DNA of 64,000 bases from Mobula hypostoma (GCF_963921235.1 NC_086122.1:32488001-32552000); one strand, 5' to 3'. Shown: positions 12,461-26,230, counted from the first letter of the stretch. Notes: generated by a model from the letters alone, not told the origin. Made by a program: numbers and translations.

Positions 12461-15240
12461 TATGCTTTATCTAGAAATTATGCATAGAGCAGTTTTAAGA
12501 TTCTCACAGGGAGCATCTCAAATGGTTATATAAGTGCAAAATGAATTTAAATTTGCTATGTATAGCTACAAAATGTGTTCAAGTAATTCAAGATTTTCAT
12601 ATCTTCAAACAGCCAATCTACGAAAAGCATTCAAAGTAGTAAGGTAGAAGCAGAAAACACTAGGAATAAACTACAGCTCAGGCAGCATTTGTAAAAGGGA
12701 GACAGCATTTTAGGTGAAAGAATTTTCTGCAGAATATCCATTTGGAGATATTAATTTCATCTCTGTCACCACAGATATTGCCTGACTAGCTGAGAATTTT
12801 CAGCATTTTCTGTTGTTCTTTTAGACTCCCAATGACTGCAATTTTTTTTGCTCTTTAAAGATTTAAGTGACATGCTGTTAGTGTAATTTAACAATACAAT
12901 GTAAAGAATGAACATGATGAAAACTTTATAATTCAACAATCATAGTCTTGGTTATTTAAGTATATTAAATAGATAAAATACGAATTAGTTTTACCAAGGG
13001 GCTGTATATGACATTCAATAAGGTACTGTGTATACACAGCTACTTCTAACAATCAGATGGCAGATGGAATTTCTATTGCACATGGATAGGTGGAAATTTA
13101 ACATAGACAAGTGCAAAGAGATATATTTTGAGAAGTTAAACAAGAGCAGGTCATGCACAGTGAATTGTGGGATTGTGGGAAGAGCTGCTGAATGGGTATC
13201 TTAGGGTCCAAGCACATGGTTCCCCAAAAGTAGTGACACAAGAAATTTAGGGTGGTGCTAGAAGGCATATAGCATGCATGCATTATGAGCTGAGGCACTG
13301 AGTAGAAGTGTTGGAACATCACACTACAGTTGGAAGAAACATTGTTAGATTGCACTTGGAGGAAAATGCACACCTCTGGTCGCCACAGTACAGGAAAAGA
13401 TGTAATGAAGCTCAGAGGATGCTGTCTGGAATAGAGGCCTTGAGTACAAAGGGATATGAGCTAGGTTGGGTCTGTATTCTCTGAAGCAAAGGAGATTGAG
13501 AGGTGACACGATGTAGGTAAATAAAACTATGAGAGACATAGGTACGTTACTAATCAGAATCTGCTTCCCGAGGCAGGGATGTATAAATCTAGAGGGCATT
13601 GGTTTAAGGTGAGGGAGGAGGTTTAAAGCAGAATCTGAGGGGCAATTATGCCATGGATCAATACCATTAAGCAAGAGTTCCATGGATCCCAGGTTGGAAA
13701 CCCCTGGTATAGAGGCATATGGAATTAATGCAGGCAAGCAGAATTAGTTTAGATACATACATACAGCTTAGAGGCTTGTAAGTCTGGAAGAGATCACAAA
13801 GATAAAGGGTGCAAAGTCATGGTGAGATTTGAAGAATACGTTAAAAATTCTCAATTTGGGACAACATTTGACCAAGAGCTCATAATGTAGGTCAGCAAAT
13901 ACAAGAATGTCGGTAAAATAAATGTATGTTAGGACACAAACATCTCCATTTTGGATGACCACAGGTTTAAAAAAAACAAGTTTAAAAAAAGGAGCAGCCT
14001 AGGTAGCATTAGAATAATCAAGTCTGGTGGTAACAAAATTGTGGATTCGTTTCATCGGCAGATGAGCTGAGGGAGGAATGGAGTTAGGTAACATTACAAA
14101 GACTTAAATAGGGTCAATTAGGATACATGACCCAGAATTCACTTCAGGGTTAAATACAACACCTAGAAAGAGAAAAGCCTCAATCAATTTAAACAGAAAG
14201 GAGTGGAGACGGTCGCTAGGAAATGAGATGTGAAAATGACCGAAGACAATGACTTCAGATTTTCCAATAATCAGTTGGAAATTTCCTGCATTATTAAACA
14301 CCATTGGTTTATCGCAATACAGGATCTCCTGCAAAAGCAACAGTATAACAACTGGAAGCGTTTGTAAAGCTCAGCAGATCAGCCAGTAAAAGAGAAAGAA
14401 ATGGTTAATGTTTCAAATTTTAAAAATCAGGTATATTTCATGGCTGATTATGACTTTAATAAATGAAGAACATTTTCCAGAAATACTGATATTTAATGAA
14501 ATAGCCCCACTTTTCTGCACCACCTGCTACTGACCTCTGTACAGGTCACCTACATACATTGATTGCCAGAATTTACAAGGAAATGTTCATTTGCTTGTCG
14601 TTCTTAAAACCAACAGAACTGGCTCCAAGCCATTCCCAGAAAGGTGTTCTTTTCCACCTAAGAAAGATTACATCTAATTAAATTCTAAAGATCATCCTCC
14701 AAAATTGCATTTTTTAAATAAATCATGTAGATCACAGACACAAAAGAACAGGCTGCAATTTTATGCAACAGTAGTACGTTTAAATATGATGGAAATGCTA
14801 CGCTTGGAGAAAAGGCAATTGAAATTACATCTCATTTCACATAAATGACATCCAGGTGCATCTTGGCAATGACAAACGTGGAATTTATTTTTCTCTCTTT
14901 TGGAAACCGAGGTGAATGCAATAAGGTGATTTTCTTTTGCTTGGCGTACGCTGCCTTTAATTAACCGCCCACCCCGCCCGATACCCGCAGCTCAATGCAG
15001 AGAAGAGGTTGTCCTCCTCCATTTTCTTACAGGTTCCTCATGTCTGATACCCAGAGATGATGGCGAGGAGCCGCTTTAATGCGGCAGATGGGTATCACAC
15101 AGCTTGAGCTTCAGTGCATGTCAGTGACAAGCAAGCTACAGCTCATTTTAGTTTTAAAAAATGATGCAGAGGTAGCGGAAGTGATTGGAATCTGCATTAA
15201 TTTGATCAGCCAGTAAACCAGCCCCCTTTTTTTTCCTCAC

Positions 15241-15543
15241 CAGCACATCATTGCAGATCTCCCTGAGCTCAGCCTCCACCTTCTCTCGGTACTCCTTCAC
15301 CATGTGCAACTTCTTCTCGCTGCCGCCGCCCTCGCCGGTCTTCTGCTCGATGCTGGAGATGACCCTCCACGCCGAGCGGCGGGCCCCCACCACGTTCTTG
15401 TAAGCGACCGAGAGCAGGTTGCGCTCCTCGTTTGACAGCTCCTCGCCCCACTCCGTTACCGCCTTCATGGCAGCCGCCATGTCCTCATAACGCTCCGCTT
15501 GCTCCGACAGCTTGGCTTTCTGCACTAGCTCGTTCTTATCCAT
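15241..15543 (-). CDS. 14-3-3 protein, first coding exon (aa 1-101), zeta/beta/theta/sigma clade; YWHAZ-like by N-terminus and ZNF706 adjacency, paralog identity uncertain
   Basis: Translates [22 protein letters not shown]...[28 protein letters not shown]...EICNDVL. gccATGG Kozak at 15543. Phase-0 donor CTG|GTGAGG at 15240, the position where this exon ends in YWHAZ/B/Q. No later 14-3-3 exon seen in 1-15240. Confidence 0.95.
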
Positions 15544-15544
15544 G

Positions 15545-15800
15545 GCCCTTCGTTTTCTCTTCTTCTTCCCACTCTCTTCCCAGCTGAAGCGCACCCGGGA
15601 CGTTTCGCTCAGGCGTTCGACGGTCAGTCAAGAGCGAAGCACTCCGCCGCGTTCTTTCCCTCCGTCTCCGTCCTCGAAACCAAATGGCGGTTGAGATCGC
15701 TCTCCCCCCCCCCCACCGGAGACCCGGCCCGCGCATGCGCGGCCGGCGCTCGCCCCGCCCTGGCGATGACGTCACGAGTGACCAGGTCTGCAGAGGACTG
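15545..15800 (-). promoter_or_regulatory. CpG-island promoter and 5'UTR of the 14-3-3 gene
   Basis: CpG-dense. YY1-type AAATGGCGG 15682-15690, NRF1-type GCGCATGCGC 15731-15740, GC box GCCCCGCCC 15752-15760, full CRE TGACGTCA 15767-15774. Confidence 0.8.
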
Positions 15801-17001
15801 ACCTGACTCATCGGAGCCGGTGGTGATTTGGTGCGTCTGAGGTTCTGCTAGAGTAGCTCGATGTCCTAATTGCAAAACGTCGTGGGCAAGCTCTACCTAC
15901 CGCAGTTAACGCAAGGTGTCGGGTTTACGGGGTGCTCAGCCAATTGCTGCAAAAAAAATGTTCCACAATAGCGAGCAGAAGGGGAAAGGGGGCCGTGGGT
16001 GGTATTCAGGCAGACCAGGTCCTCCCTCTGTTTATTATTCATTCTTTGCTGTCAAGGGATGATTGAAGATTACAACAGAATGCGACCTGAGCGGAGCAAA
16101 ATCAGGCGCACGACAACCAAACAAGCTGGTTTTACGTCTATTGTCATAGACAGCTTTTTGCAATAGCACAATACAATGAAAACAATTTAACAAACAAATA
16201 ACAGATTATGCATAACTTAAACATGTGTAAATTAAACAAAATAAACAATGATACTGGTGCATGATAGAGACAAAAAAATATAGTGCAAATTGGTAGTAAG
16301 ATATTTCAGGTCGAATCAAGAATCTGCTGGCAGCATGGGGAAGAAGCTGTTGAACCTTTTTGAGATGTGGGCCTTCAGGCTTGGATAATTCCTGCATAAA
16401 CGGCACAATCAGAGGGCTTGGCTTCTCAATGAAGGGGTTTCTTGCATACCTAAGACATCACAGCTTGATGCCCTCAGGGGTGGAGAAAGCTGTTCCTGTT
16501 TTGAAACTAACTTGATCCATCCACTTTCTCTAACCACCATATTAGCAGTTTGAAGAGATTTGGCATGTCAACAAATACACTCAAAAACATCCATAGTTGT
16601 ACCGTGGAGAGCATTCTGACAGGCTGCATCACTGTCTGGTGTGGAGCAGCTACTGCACGGGACCAAAAGCTGCAGAAGGTTGTAAATCTAGTCAGCTCCA
16701 TCTTGGGCACTAGCCTACGAAGTACCCAGGACATCTTTAGGGAGTGGTGTCTCAGAAAGGCAGCGTCCATTATTAAGGATCTCTAACACCCAGGGCCTAC
16801 CCTTTTCTCACTGTTACCATCAGGTAGGAGGTACAGAAGCCTGAAGGCACACACGCAGCGATTCAGGAACAGCTTATTCCCCTCTACCATCTGATTCCTA
16901 AATGGACATTGAAGCTTTGGACTCTGCCTCCTTTTTTAAAAAAATATACAGTATTTGTTTTTTTTGCACATTTTAAAAAACTATTTAATATACACATGTA
17001 A

Positions 17002-17523
17002 ACAACATGTCTTATCCACAGCCTCCTCTACTGTAAAGATGAAGCCACACTCAGGTTGGAGGAACAACACCTTATATTCCGTCTGGGTAGCCTCCAACCT
17101 GATGGCATGAACATCGACTTCTCTAACTTCCGCTAATGCCCCACCTCCCCCCGTACCCCATCCGTTATTTATTTTTATACAAACATTCTTTCTCTCTCTC
17201 CTTTTTCTCCCTTGGTCCCTCTGACTATACCCCTTGCCCATCCTCTGGGTCCCCCCCCCCTTGTCTTTCTCCCTGGACCTCCTGTCCCATGATCCTCTCG
17301 TATCCCTTTTGCCTATCACCTGTCCAGCTCTCGGCTCCATCCCTCCCCCTCCTGTCTTCTCCTATCATTTCGGATCTCCCCCTCCCCCTCCCACTTTCAA
17401 ATCTCTTACTAGCTCTTCCTTCAGTTAGTCCTGACGAAGGGTCTCGGCCTGAAACGTCGACTGTACCTCTTCCTAGAGATGCTGCCTGGCCTGCTGCGTT
17501 CACCAGCAACTTTGATGTGTTGC
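17002..17523 (+). mobile_element. Young Penelope-like 3' fragment with hammerhead, nested in a LINE 3'UTR
   Basis: Encodes the PLE C-terminus (LEEQHLIFRLGSLQPDGMNIDF). TSD TAATATACA(C/T)ATGTAA at 16986-17001 and 17524-17539. Near-identical to 53766-54272. Confidence 0.85.
17427..17462 (+). ncRNA. Minimal type I hammerhead ribozyme motif
   Basis: AGTC CTGACGA A GGGT CTCG GCCT GAAAC GTC GACT; one G-U substitution in stem II relative to 48157. Confidence 0.7.
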
Positions 17524-20500
17524 TAATATACATATGTAATTGTTTTACTTATGTTTTATTTTATTATTTTTCTCTGCTAGGTTATGTATTTCATTGAACT
17601 GCTGTTGCTAAGTTACAAATTTCACATCACATGCGTGTGATAATAAACCTGATTTTGTGCAAGGGTAGTGATGCAACCAGTCTTTTCACTATACAACTAT
17701 AGAAGTTTGTTAGTCTGCTGTGACACATCAAAACTCCTTAAACATCTAAGAAAGCAGAGACATACCTTCATCACTGCATCTATATGCTGGGTTCAGAATA
17801 AAGTCCTCTGAGATGTTGACAATAAGGTACTTGAAGCTTTTCAACTTAACCATGCATTAATCCTGACTTGTATAAAGCTGGAAGGTTATTCTGTTTATAA
17901 CATTGTTTTGCATTACTTTTACTGAACCTTTGCACCATTGTTTTGCACATATCATATTATTCCCAAAAGTGCATTTGAAACTTTCTCCTCTCGCTTACAG
18001 CTGTTGAAACTCAGGGCAATTTAAGACATTGTTACATTAAATTTTTAAACAAAAAGGTCATTGGTCATTTCGGTTTTAATCTTGAAAATACAAAGTTCAA
18101 AGTAAGTATATTATCAGAGTACATATACATCACCGCTTAAAACCCTGAGATTCATTTTCTAGTGGGTATTCTCAAATCTATAGCCCAACCATAACAGAAT
18201 CCATGAGACCACCCAACTAGGGCATTCAATCAGTCTGCAGCAGACAAACTGCAAACACAAAATAATAACAAACAATATTGAGGACATGAGATAGAGTTCT
18301 TAAAATAAGTCCATTGGTTGTGGGAACATTTCAATGATGGGGTAAGTGAAGTTACCCCTTTGATTCAAGAGCCTGATGGTTGAGGAGATGGTCAAACTGA
18401 TCATGAACCTGGAGGTGTGAGCCCCAAGGCTCCTGGACCTTGCTGGTGCCATCAGTCAGGAGGAAGCATCATTTACTTTCATAACTAATATGGATAGTCC
18501 AGCAGGCCATTTTCCAAAAGGCCATAAAAATGTAATAATTTGGATGATAAATTTATACAGACCCACTTTTTTCCAAATATAAATAATTTAAGTGGAACAC
18601 AGGTCAGGCAGCTGTGGGAGGAGAAACAGTTGGCATTTCAGGTTGAAGACCCTTCGGAACTCTTAATAGAATGCCTGACCTACTGAACATTTACACTGGT
18701 ATTAGAATTATGAGTACCTATCTAGCAAGCTATATGCTGCCAGTGGAAGTGGAAGTAGCAGATATAATAGCAATGTTTATTGTTTGCACCATTTGTCTTT
18801 TGCACATTGTCAGTTATAGTTTTTCATAAATTCTATTGTATTTCATTATTTTCCCTTAAATGGCTGCAAGGAATTGAATCTCAAGGTGACATATACCTAC
18901 TTTGATAATAAATTTACTTTGACTCTGGGTTTGGTTTAAATTTAGAATTGTTCAGAGCTTCAGCATGACTTGCAAGTTTTTCCCCTCACCCTTGTTTCCA
19001 ACTTTTAAATTCAAAAATACACTCACACAGATAAATCAATGTCACATTCATATACAAATTCCAATACATCCCTAACTCTTGAAACTTCAGTACCAATATG
19101 CTAGAACTTTAAATTATTTTGAAAATTAGGTTGAAAGGGTGAGGAAGGCTTCAGGAGTAAACTTGGAAAAATCCAGAGATGGAGTCCCAAGGCAGTCCTA
19201 CATTGAGTTGACTGTTGACTGGCAACTCTTGCAACACTGCTGATACCAAACTGTATCGGTCTCTGCCTTTTCTTTCGGTTCATCAGATGCATGGAGAGGG
19301 AGAGCTTGCTACATGGGCAATAGCTTGCTCTCCAGCGTACTGCCCAGGCTTGCGTATCCAGACAGCTAGGATGCAATATCCGTGGTCAACTCTATCCGAT
19401 AGAGGTCCTCACCTCACCTAGACATGGTGAGGAGAGATGAAATATAGAAAGTGATACAAAAATTTACTGTAATTCAAAATTGAGCATTTGAGGTTCTACA
19501 GATCCTACCAGAATTTAAGCATTACTCAGCATTCATCTGGGCTTCAAACATTTCAATTAATGGATCAATTACTGGAAGCCTGTATATGCAGCACAATTAT
19601 GGTCTCTCTTAAGGTCTTGGAAAAGAACTAAATGCTGATGGATAATGGGTTTTGCAAATATTTCATTTAATAACATTTTTAAAAATCAGTACAATAGAAT
19701 TAAATTGATTTAACTTTAAACTGTAGTTGTAAACCTATTACATACATGATTAAGTGTAAAGAATGTTCGGTTATTTAGTATAATCAAGGCAGAAATTGAA
19801 GAATTGTAGAATCCAGTGAAAACAATTGATACTATCCGTGTGGAAAGAATGGAGGATCAGAAGAAAAGTTGAAGGATGGCCACTTATCTTTACAAGTGAC
19901 AGCTGTCAGTTGCTCACATCTTGTGATAAGGTCCTTCACAAGTTCTAACAAATAAAAGCACATTGAAAGAGCCCCCTGAACACTGACTTCATTTGTTGAA
20001 ATAACTAAAGAATTCAGTACATCCAAGTGTCTTGTATTTTCAAATCACATTCTTCAACAAATTTAATTAAAGAACTTAGAGTGATACTTAAGCTTCAAGG
20101 TATGTCAACAACACTTCAATTAAAAAATGCATTCAAATAGAGTGACTGCCCATAATGACATTACTTTTTGATAAACTGTTGGGGCTGTGATTACCTGTAT
20201 TATGACATTAAATTTGAAGATCTAGACTTTCATAGCCAAGAGCACAAAATTTCAAGAACTAAATTAAGTCACTCCATAATTTTAATTCTCATCATTCTGT
20301 ACTTCTAGAGTCTCAGGAAAGTTGTGACATGTTGTACAGTATCTAATATTGTTTCTAATTTGAAATTGAGAATGCATTACACATTCAAATGAATAAACCT
20401 TATTGTTTAATAAAAAGCTAGCTGTTTCTAACATCAGTCCAACTGATCAATTAGAAGACTTTCAGGGAGTACATTTCCTTTTATTGTGAAAGTAAACCAC

Positions 20501-20657
20501 TGTCTGAAACAAGGAATGCAGGCAAAAGGCAACAATGCATTTTGTCAAAACTCAGCAAGATGAAACAAATTTTTGTTAAGCATTTGGCATTTAAGTAAAT
20601 GGAATAATATTATTCAAAAAGGTACATTTTGAAAAGTGCAATTGGAAAATTGAAAAT

Positions 20658-21220
20658 CAGTCAATGTTTTGGGTCAGGCCTTTCACCAGGACTGGAAAGG
20701 AAGGGAGAAAGACACTGAAATAAGATGGGGGAGAAGAGGCAAGAGGCTTCCTCTTCTACCATGATGAGGCCAATCTCAGGTTGGAGAAACAGTATCTCAT
20801 TCCATCTAAGTAGCCTCCAACCTGATGGCATGAAATCAATTTTTCTGATTTGCAGTCATTTCTTTCCCCCTACCCCTTCCAACTTCAATCCCCCACTCTG
20901 GCCTCTTACCTCTTCTTGTTACCTATCACCTCCCCCTCCAGTCCACTCTTCTGATTCCTTCTTCTCCAGTCCTTTACTTTTTCCACGGATTCTTAACTTA
21001 CCCTCACAGCTTCTTAACTTACCCCTATTCCCAAACCACCCGGTTTCATCTATCATTTTCTAGTTTATCATCCTTTGCCTCCCCCCCCCCCAACCTCCTT
21101 ATTCTGGCATCTTTCCACTTTCTTTCTAGTCCTGAAGGATTTTGGCCTGAACTGTCAACTGTTTTTTCATTTCCGTAGATGCTGCCTTGACCTGCTGACT
21201 TCCTCCAGCATTGTGTTGTC
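20658..21220 (+). mobile_element. Older Penelope-like 3' fragment with inverted 5' segment
   Basis: HLSSLQPDGM remnant, degenerate hammerhead near 21130, inverted pseudo-LTR piece at 20658-20745. Confidence 0.7.
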
Positions 21221-22014
21221 AAAAATATAGTTTAGAATTTCAGTAACATATTTAACACATTATAAACACGAGGAAGTCTGCAGATGGCGGAAATCCAAAG
21301 CAACACAAAATGGAAGAATCAGGTTGGGCAGCATCTATGGAAGTGAATATGCAACTGCTATTTCAAGCATAGACCCTTCCACTGGACTTTTAAAGCCCCC
21401 AATAGCTACAAGTCACCAGCAATTGTGGCTAAATTTCTAGTGGTTTTTGAAAATTGGATGATCAGATACCATACTGAAGGTCAGTTTTGACCGACTCAAG
21501 ACAGAATTGATAATGATTTGAATGCAAACATCAGCAGAAAAGATAAAAAAAACCTCTAACTGTAATTTCAGTATCTGTATGGATACAGGGCAATCTTTTT
21601 ACCCAATTTGTTTTATAACTCTTCTGACCTGGAGTTCTTGCACTGAACCTGCCATATTAGTTGTGTTGGATGTATTAATAGTGTTCTGAAACAAAATATT
21701 TCATTTCTTGTTAGCTGCAACTCAAGACAGTGATGAAAAATTACAATCTTCAAAGACTACTGAATTCACAGCATGTAATTATCAATGGAAATATGCTTCC
21801 TCTTCAATGTGCTTAGTATACCCAATATTTCCAATCAAAGCAATTATACGAGACTCAAATGCTAGACTGCAGCTTAGAGTAGGTTTAGTTTAATACAGAA
21901 CTATTAAGACTATGATCAAGGGCTACATGTGGTAAGAAACAATACAATGAGTCTAGCATAGTCACAAATGACATTTAAACATTAAAATAAGGGAATTCTG
22001 AGACATTCTAGAAG

Positions 22015-23068
22015 AAAATGTGCTTTTGATATTTATTGAAATCACATTGAGCTCCAGATAAATCACAAAATACTGCATGTATGATTAGGCAAGATTCTGG
22101 GTGAAATAAAAGCTATTGCAATCTTAAATACTGTAATTTGAAATAGGAATTTGAGTCAGCGATAATTGTTTTTTTTCTCTATATAGAGGAATCCCTTCAA
22201 ATTTCATTCATGAAATTATAACTAGTTAATAGATTAGTTATCAAACTAATTCCAAAAATTATAGCTACAAAACTATCTGTAAAGCTCTGAATAAGCACGC
22301 AAGTTTCAAGAGACTGTTCCTTCAAAAGTATCCAACATTTGCATGATAAATAGGTGGGGAATCTTACTCAATGATTCATGGAGCTGATCAAATGTTATTT
22401 TTGGGAAATCAAACAGAACAGTAAATGCTTAAAATTAGAAAGGGTGGTCAAGAGAATAAATTGTCCTGCAATCACTTGGAAACATCCAGTGTGATAGACC
22501 CGATTATCTTTATGGATTGATCACAACTTACTGTTTGTAACAGGGATATAATTTTTAATATATTGCAACATCCCTTCTACAAAGAAGGTACTGAACACAA
22601 GCTGAACAAAGAATACATATGCTAATATGGCTGACTGAGCTGCACTCAGGGAGATCAAGAAATTTTTAGTCATAATCTAGGAACATGGTATCCAACCAAA
22701 GTGGCTCTCGCATTAACCACTACAGCTTTAAGCCACAGAATCAAACTCCCGTATATTTGTAACAGACTCCAGCAGTACTAATATCACAATGATGCCAGTG
22801 CTTAAAAGTAGTGAAGAAACAATATTAGTACTAATCTATCACAAGATCTGTACCACTTTTCCCACTTAGCCCACTTGAAGAATTGGCACCTTTGTAATGC
22901 CCAAACAAAAAAAATCTTCAATGCTTCCTTGTCCCAAAACATGAAAAGATTAAACATCAAAGTTCAGTAGTAAGTAGAAATTGAAAAGTTTGAAGAATCA
23001 AATGCTCTTCATCTTTTCCAGGCCTTATGTAGTAGGTTTCAGTGCACCGTGTCAGCAGAAATCCAAGT
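22015..23068 (-). other. ZNF706: Candidate terminal non-coding (3'UTR) exon of ZNF706
   Basis: Donor GG|GTGAGA at 24828, 23 nt after the stop. Acceptor CTTTGTGCTTGTTTTTAG| at 23069. Repeat-poor kilobase ending near AATAAA (minus strand, 22032-22037). Confidence 0.45.
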
Positions 23069-24851
23069 CTAAAAACAAGCACAAAGTAACTTTTCAAAAC
23101 TTGTCACATTAAAAACATCCTGAATATTAAGCTGTTCTTCAGATGCTACTAGCCATCCAAATCAATTAGAATATCCCACTTACAGAAAGTAGAAAAACAT
23201 TGTATTGTATTATTCATATTGTATTATAATACAAAAACTTGGATTCAAAACATTTTTATAGTAACACAATAGAATCAATAAAGTCTAAAGAAACAGATTG
23301 TTCAGAAGTCATTTTTTAAATGAATAATTATTCTTAAACCCGACCAATGAAGGATCAACCTTCCCCTTACCCTAGCCCTGTTAGCTAGCTTTCCAAAGGC
23401 TGGTACTCTGGTATTGAATGATCACATTTCAAATAAAATCCAATTCCAGAAGGTCTCAGTTTGAATGTTGAGACAAGTATAGATGGTTGAAAACATTCTT
23501 TTACCAGCAACTTTGATGTGTGTTGCATCTCAAGATAAATTGTTTCATTAGGAATTCAATTTTCTGGAACTGGAATAGCATTTGAACACTACTTTTAGGA
23601 GTGTGGCTCTTTAATCCATACAGTGCAGGACATTAAACCCAAGATCAAAACAAGTCTGGCAAGCTGTACTTCAGTTGTCCTTGGGTGAAAAAGTTGTATT
23701 TGCTACTGAGATATTAACTGAAAACTATGTTTAAAATGAACCCGTCAGTATATCTGATTTGTAAGCACAAGCTTTTCTATCTAAAACTGTTTCGAAGAGT
23801 ATTTATTCCCAGATTGGAGCGATCCCATTCTCCCAACTTATTCTCTCACACTCATACACATCCATTGGTAAGTTTAACCACCCTCACCCCTTTCATGGAT
23901 CTCCCACCAACCAATAATATACGGGGAGATTTACAGTAGGCATTTAGCGTGTCTTTGTGATGTGGGAAGGAACTGCAAGAGTTGGGGAAGGCCACACAAC
24001 TCAGGAAAAACAAATTCTGCAGTTAGCACAGAAGATCAGATGCAAGCCCTGGCCAGTTACACTATCTGCAGTGTCACCATGCCAATTTCAAAACATCCCA
24101 TGGGATTTGCATCCCAAGATTCTCAGCTATGTTGAAAGCTACTTAATTGTTGCTGATTCTGGGCACCCTGTTTATAAATAAAGATGAAAACTAGCTTGTG
24201 CAGACTTGTGCTAATTTTTTTAGTCTGGTGACAAATTGTATAGCTGACCACTTCCTATTGGAGGAATGTATTCACGTGGTTTAGTGATGTATTAACAGTT
24301 TGTGCCTGGGAGAAAGTCACCTTCAGCACCTTAATCAGGTTGCGTACAAGGAGATTCAAACAACACAAATCATGAGATTGATAAAATGTAAGATGACAGC
24401 TGATTTCTAAAGTTTTAAATTTAAAGCAGTTCACTGGCTTAATCTATTTCTGCTTTAGATCAATATTAAAATCTATACTAAAACATGGGCTCAATATCAG
24501 AACCAATTAACCCAAATAAAAAGATTCATGTCTCAATTTTATGACTAAACAATTCAATTGCACAAATTCTTGGAAGAACTTCATCTAATTATGCAAAATT
24601 AGCAAAGACATTAGTACATAATGAAATAAGATTCCCCATCTTCCAAATTTGGTTTATGACTTCTGTCGGCAGATTATTAATCCAAACCCCTGAAAATTGC
24701 AACACTAAATTAATCACTCAGCTGTCTCCTCATAATGAGAGTAATCTCAGGCATTCTGAAACCAAAATGCCAGACAGATTCCTTTTTCTAAAGAGTAATA
24801 ACAGATGAACTTTGGAAAAACTTCTCACCCATATCCAAGTTGTGCTTTTAT

Positions 24852-24947
24852 TTATGCCTGTACATCTACCAGTTCAGGGGGCAAAGGAGACTTGGGATGT
24901 TTACTCTCAAAATGCTGTTTGAAGGTTTTAGGATCTGGCATCTGTGT
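24852..24947 (-). CDS. ZNF706: Zinc finger protein 706, coding exon 2, aa 45-75 plus stop
   Basis: TQMPDPKTFKQHFESKHPKSPLPPELVDVQA*. Polypyrimidine acceptor TTTTTTCAG| at 24948. Phase matches the previous exon and completes CxxC...HxxxxH. Confidence 0.95.
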   Translation of the reverse strand, partial: TQMPDPKTFKQHFESKHPKSPLPPELVDVQA

Positions 24948-25567
24948 CTGAAAAAACAGAAAATAGATAGTAAATAATATCTCAATGTCCAGCAAAACTG
25001 AAATACAACAAAATGCTACAGTTATACACATTCTCGATAAGGCCACATCTGAAATATTGTGTCATAGCTGTTTACCATACCTCATTGATCTTGGAAGAAG
25101 TGCAACACATTCAAGTGAAATTACAAACCGATTCAGACCAAATTATAATGCATTAAAATTATAGTTCAAAATTGATTAAAAGTTCAAAGTAAATTATCAA
25201 AGTACATACATATCACCATATAAACCATGAGATTTTTTTTGACGATACTCAACAAATCCTTCATAGAATAACAAACATAAAAGAATCAATAAAAGACTGC
25301 ACCAATTGGGCATTCAGTGTGCAAAAGTCCCCCAATACTAAAAGAAATAATAATAGAGCAATAAATATCAAAAAGAGATTGAGTCCTTGAAAGTGGATCC
25401 ATAGGTTGTGGGAACATTCCAATGATAGGCGAGTGAAGTTATCCCCTTTGATTCAAGAGCCCAATTTAAATTTAAAATATGGTAACTGATGTTGATAGGG
25501 AGAATAGCTCCATAGATCTCAGACTAGGAAACATTATAGCCGAACCCTTTCAGAAGTTAGGAACAAA

Positions 25568-26230
25568 AGATCCTGGTTAATTAGAATATATTGGGACCAG
25601 CATATTTTGGCCCAATTAGCTGCAGTTCCATGGAAATAGTTAAAAAGTTTAAAAAATAAACTACTGTTTAACTGAGTAACACATTATGTATTTGAATGAA
25701 ATATAGAATAAATTAGAACACCATCAATATTATTATAGTACTATAAAACTGTATTAGTTCCTAATAGTTATTGACAGGAATAATGCAGTGTATTCTGCCA
25801 TGTTTATTTGAATGACTGTAAACAAACAAAATCAGCACAGACACCTAGTGTAGACAATGGACTGCATTCATACATTGTTATTGATGACTGCAATCTCCAA
25901 ATCTTTTTTCATTATAACATTCCAGATGATTGTTGATACCTTCAAATTCTTTGCAGTTCCTAACTTGTAGTAGTGAAATTGTTTCAATTATACTCCTGGT
26001 TGTTTCTGGCATCTCCAACCCTCAAAACCGCAGTGAGCAAAACAGATCTGATTGTCTTACTACTCATTTCTCATCAACCACTGAGAAAAATCACTTTTTT
26101 GAATACAAGCATGCATAACAGATGCTACTTAAGCAATGTAGGATCTAATGGCCACACAAGTGCAGGTGTCTGACATTAGCTACAAACTGTCCAACAACAG
26201 TCTCCTGGCCCAATTAACCAGAATCCACTA
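25568..26230 (-). mobile_element. pogo/Tigger-type element, inverted copy of the 43629 family
   Basis: Collinear reverse-complement similarity to 43629-44451; ends CCCAATTAACCAGAATCCAC. Confidence 0.65.

Larger units (their letters stand above)
16543..17656 (+). mobile_element. Rex/Babar-type LINE 3' fragment, split by the Penelope insertion
   Basis: KRFGMSTNTLKN...TVESILTGCITVW; same family as 49863-50594. Confidence 0.8.

Noticed and set aside
15154-15594. 146-aa ORF as a complete 14-3-3 protein
   Set aside because: The extension before MDKN starts at a non-ATG codon in the leader, and the part after CNDVL is intron read-through past a canonical donor.
17136-17597. Pro/Ser-rich ORFs (also 53748-54194, 38313-38768)
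   Set aside because: Chance frames across the pyrimidine-rich Penelope 3' region.
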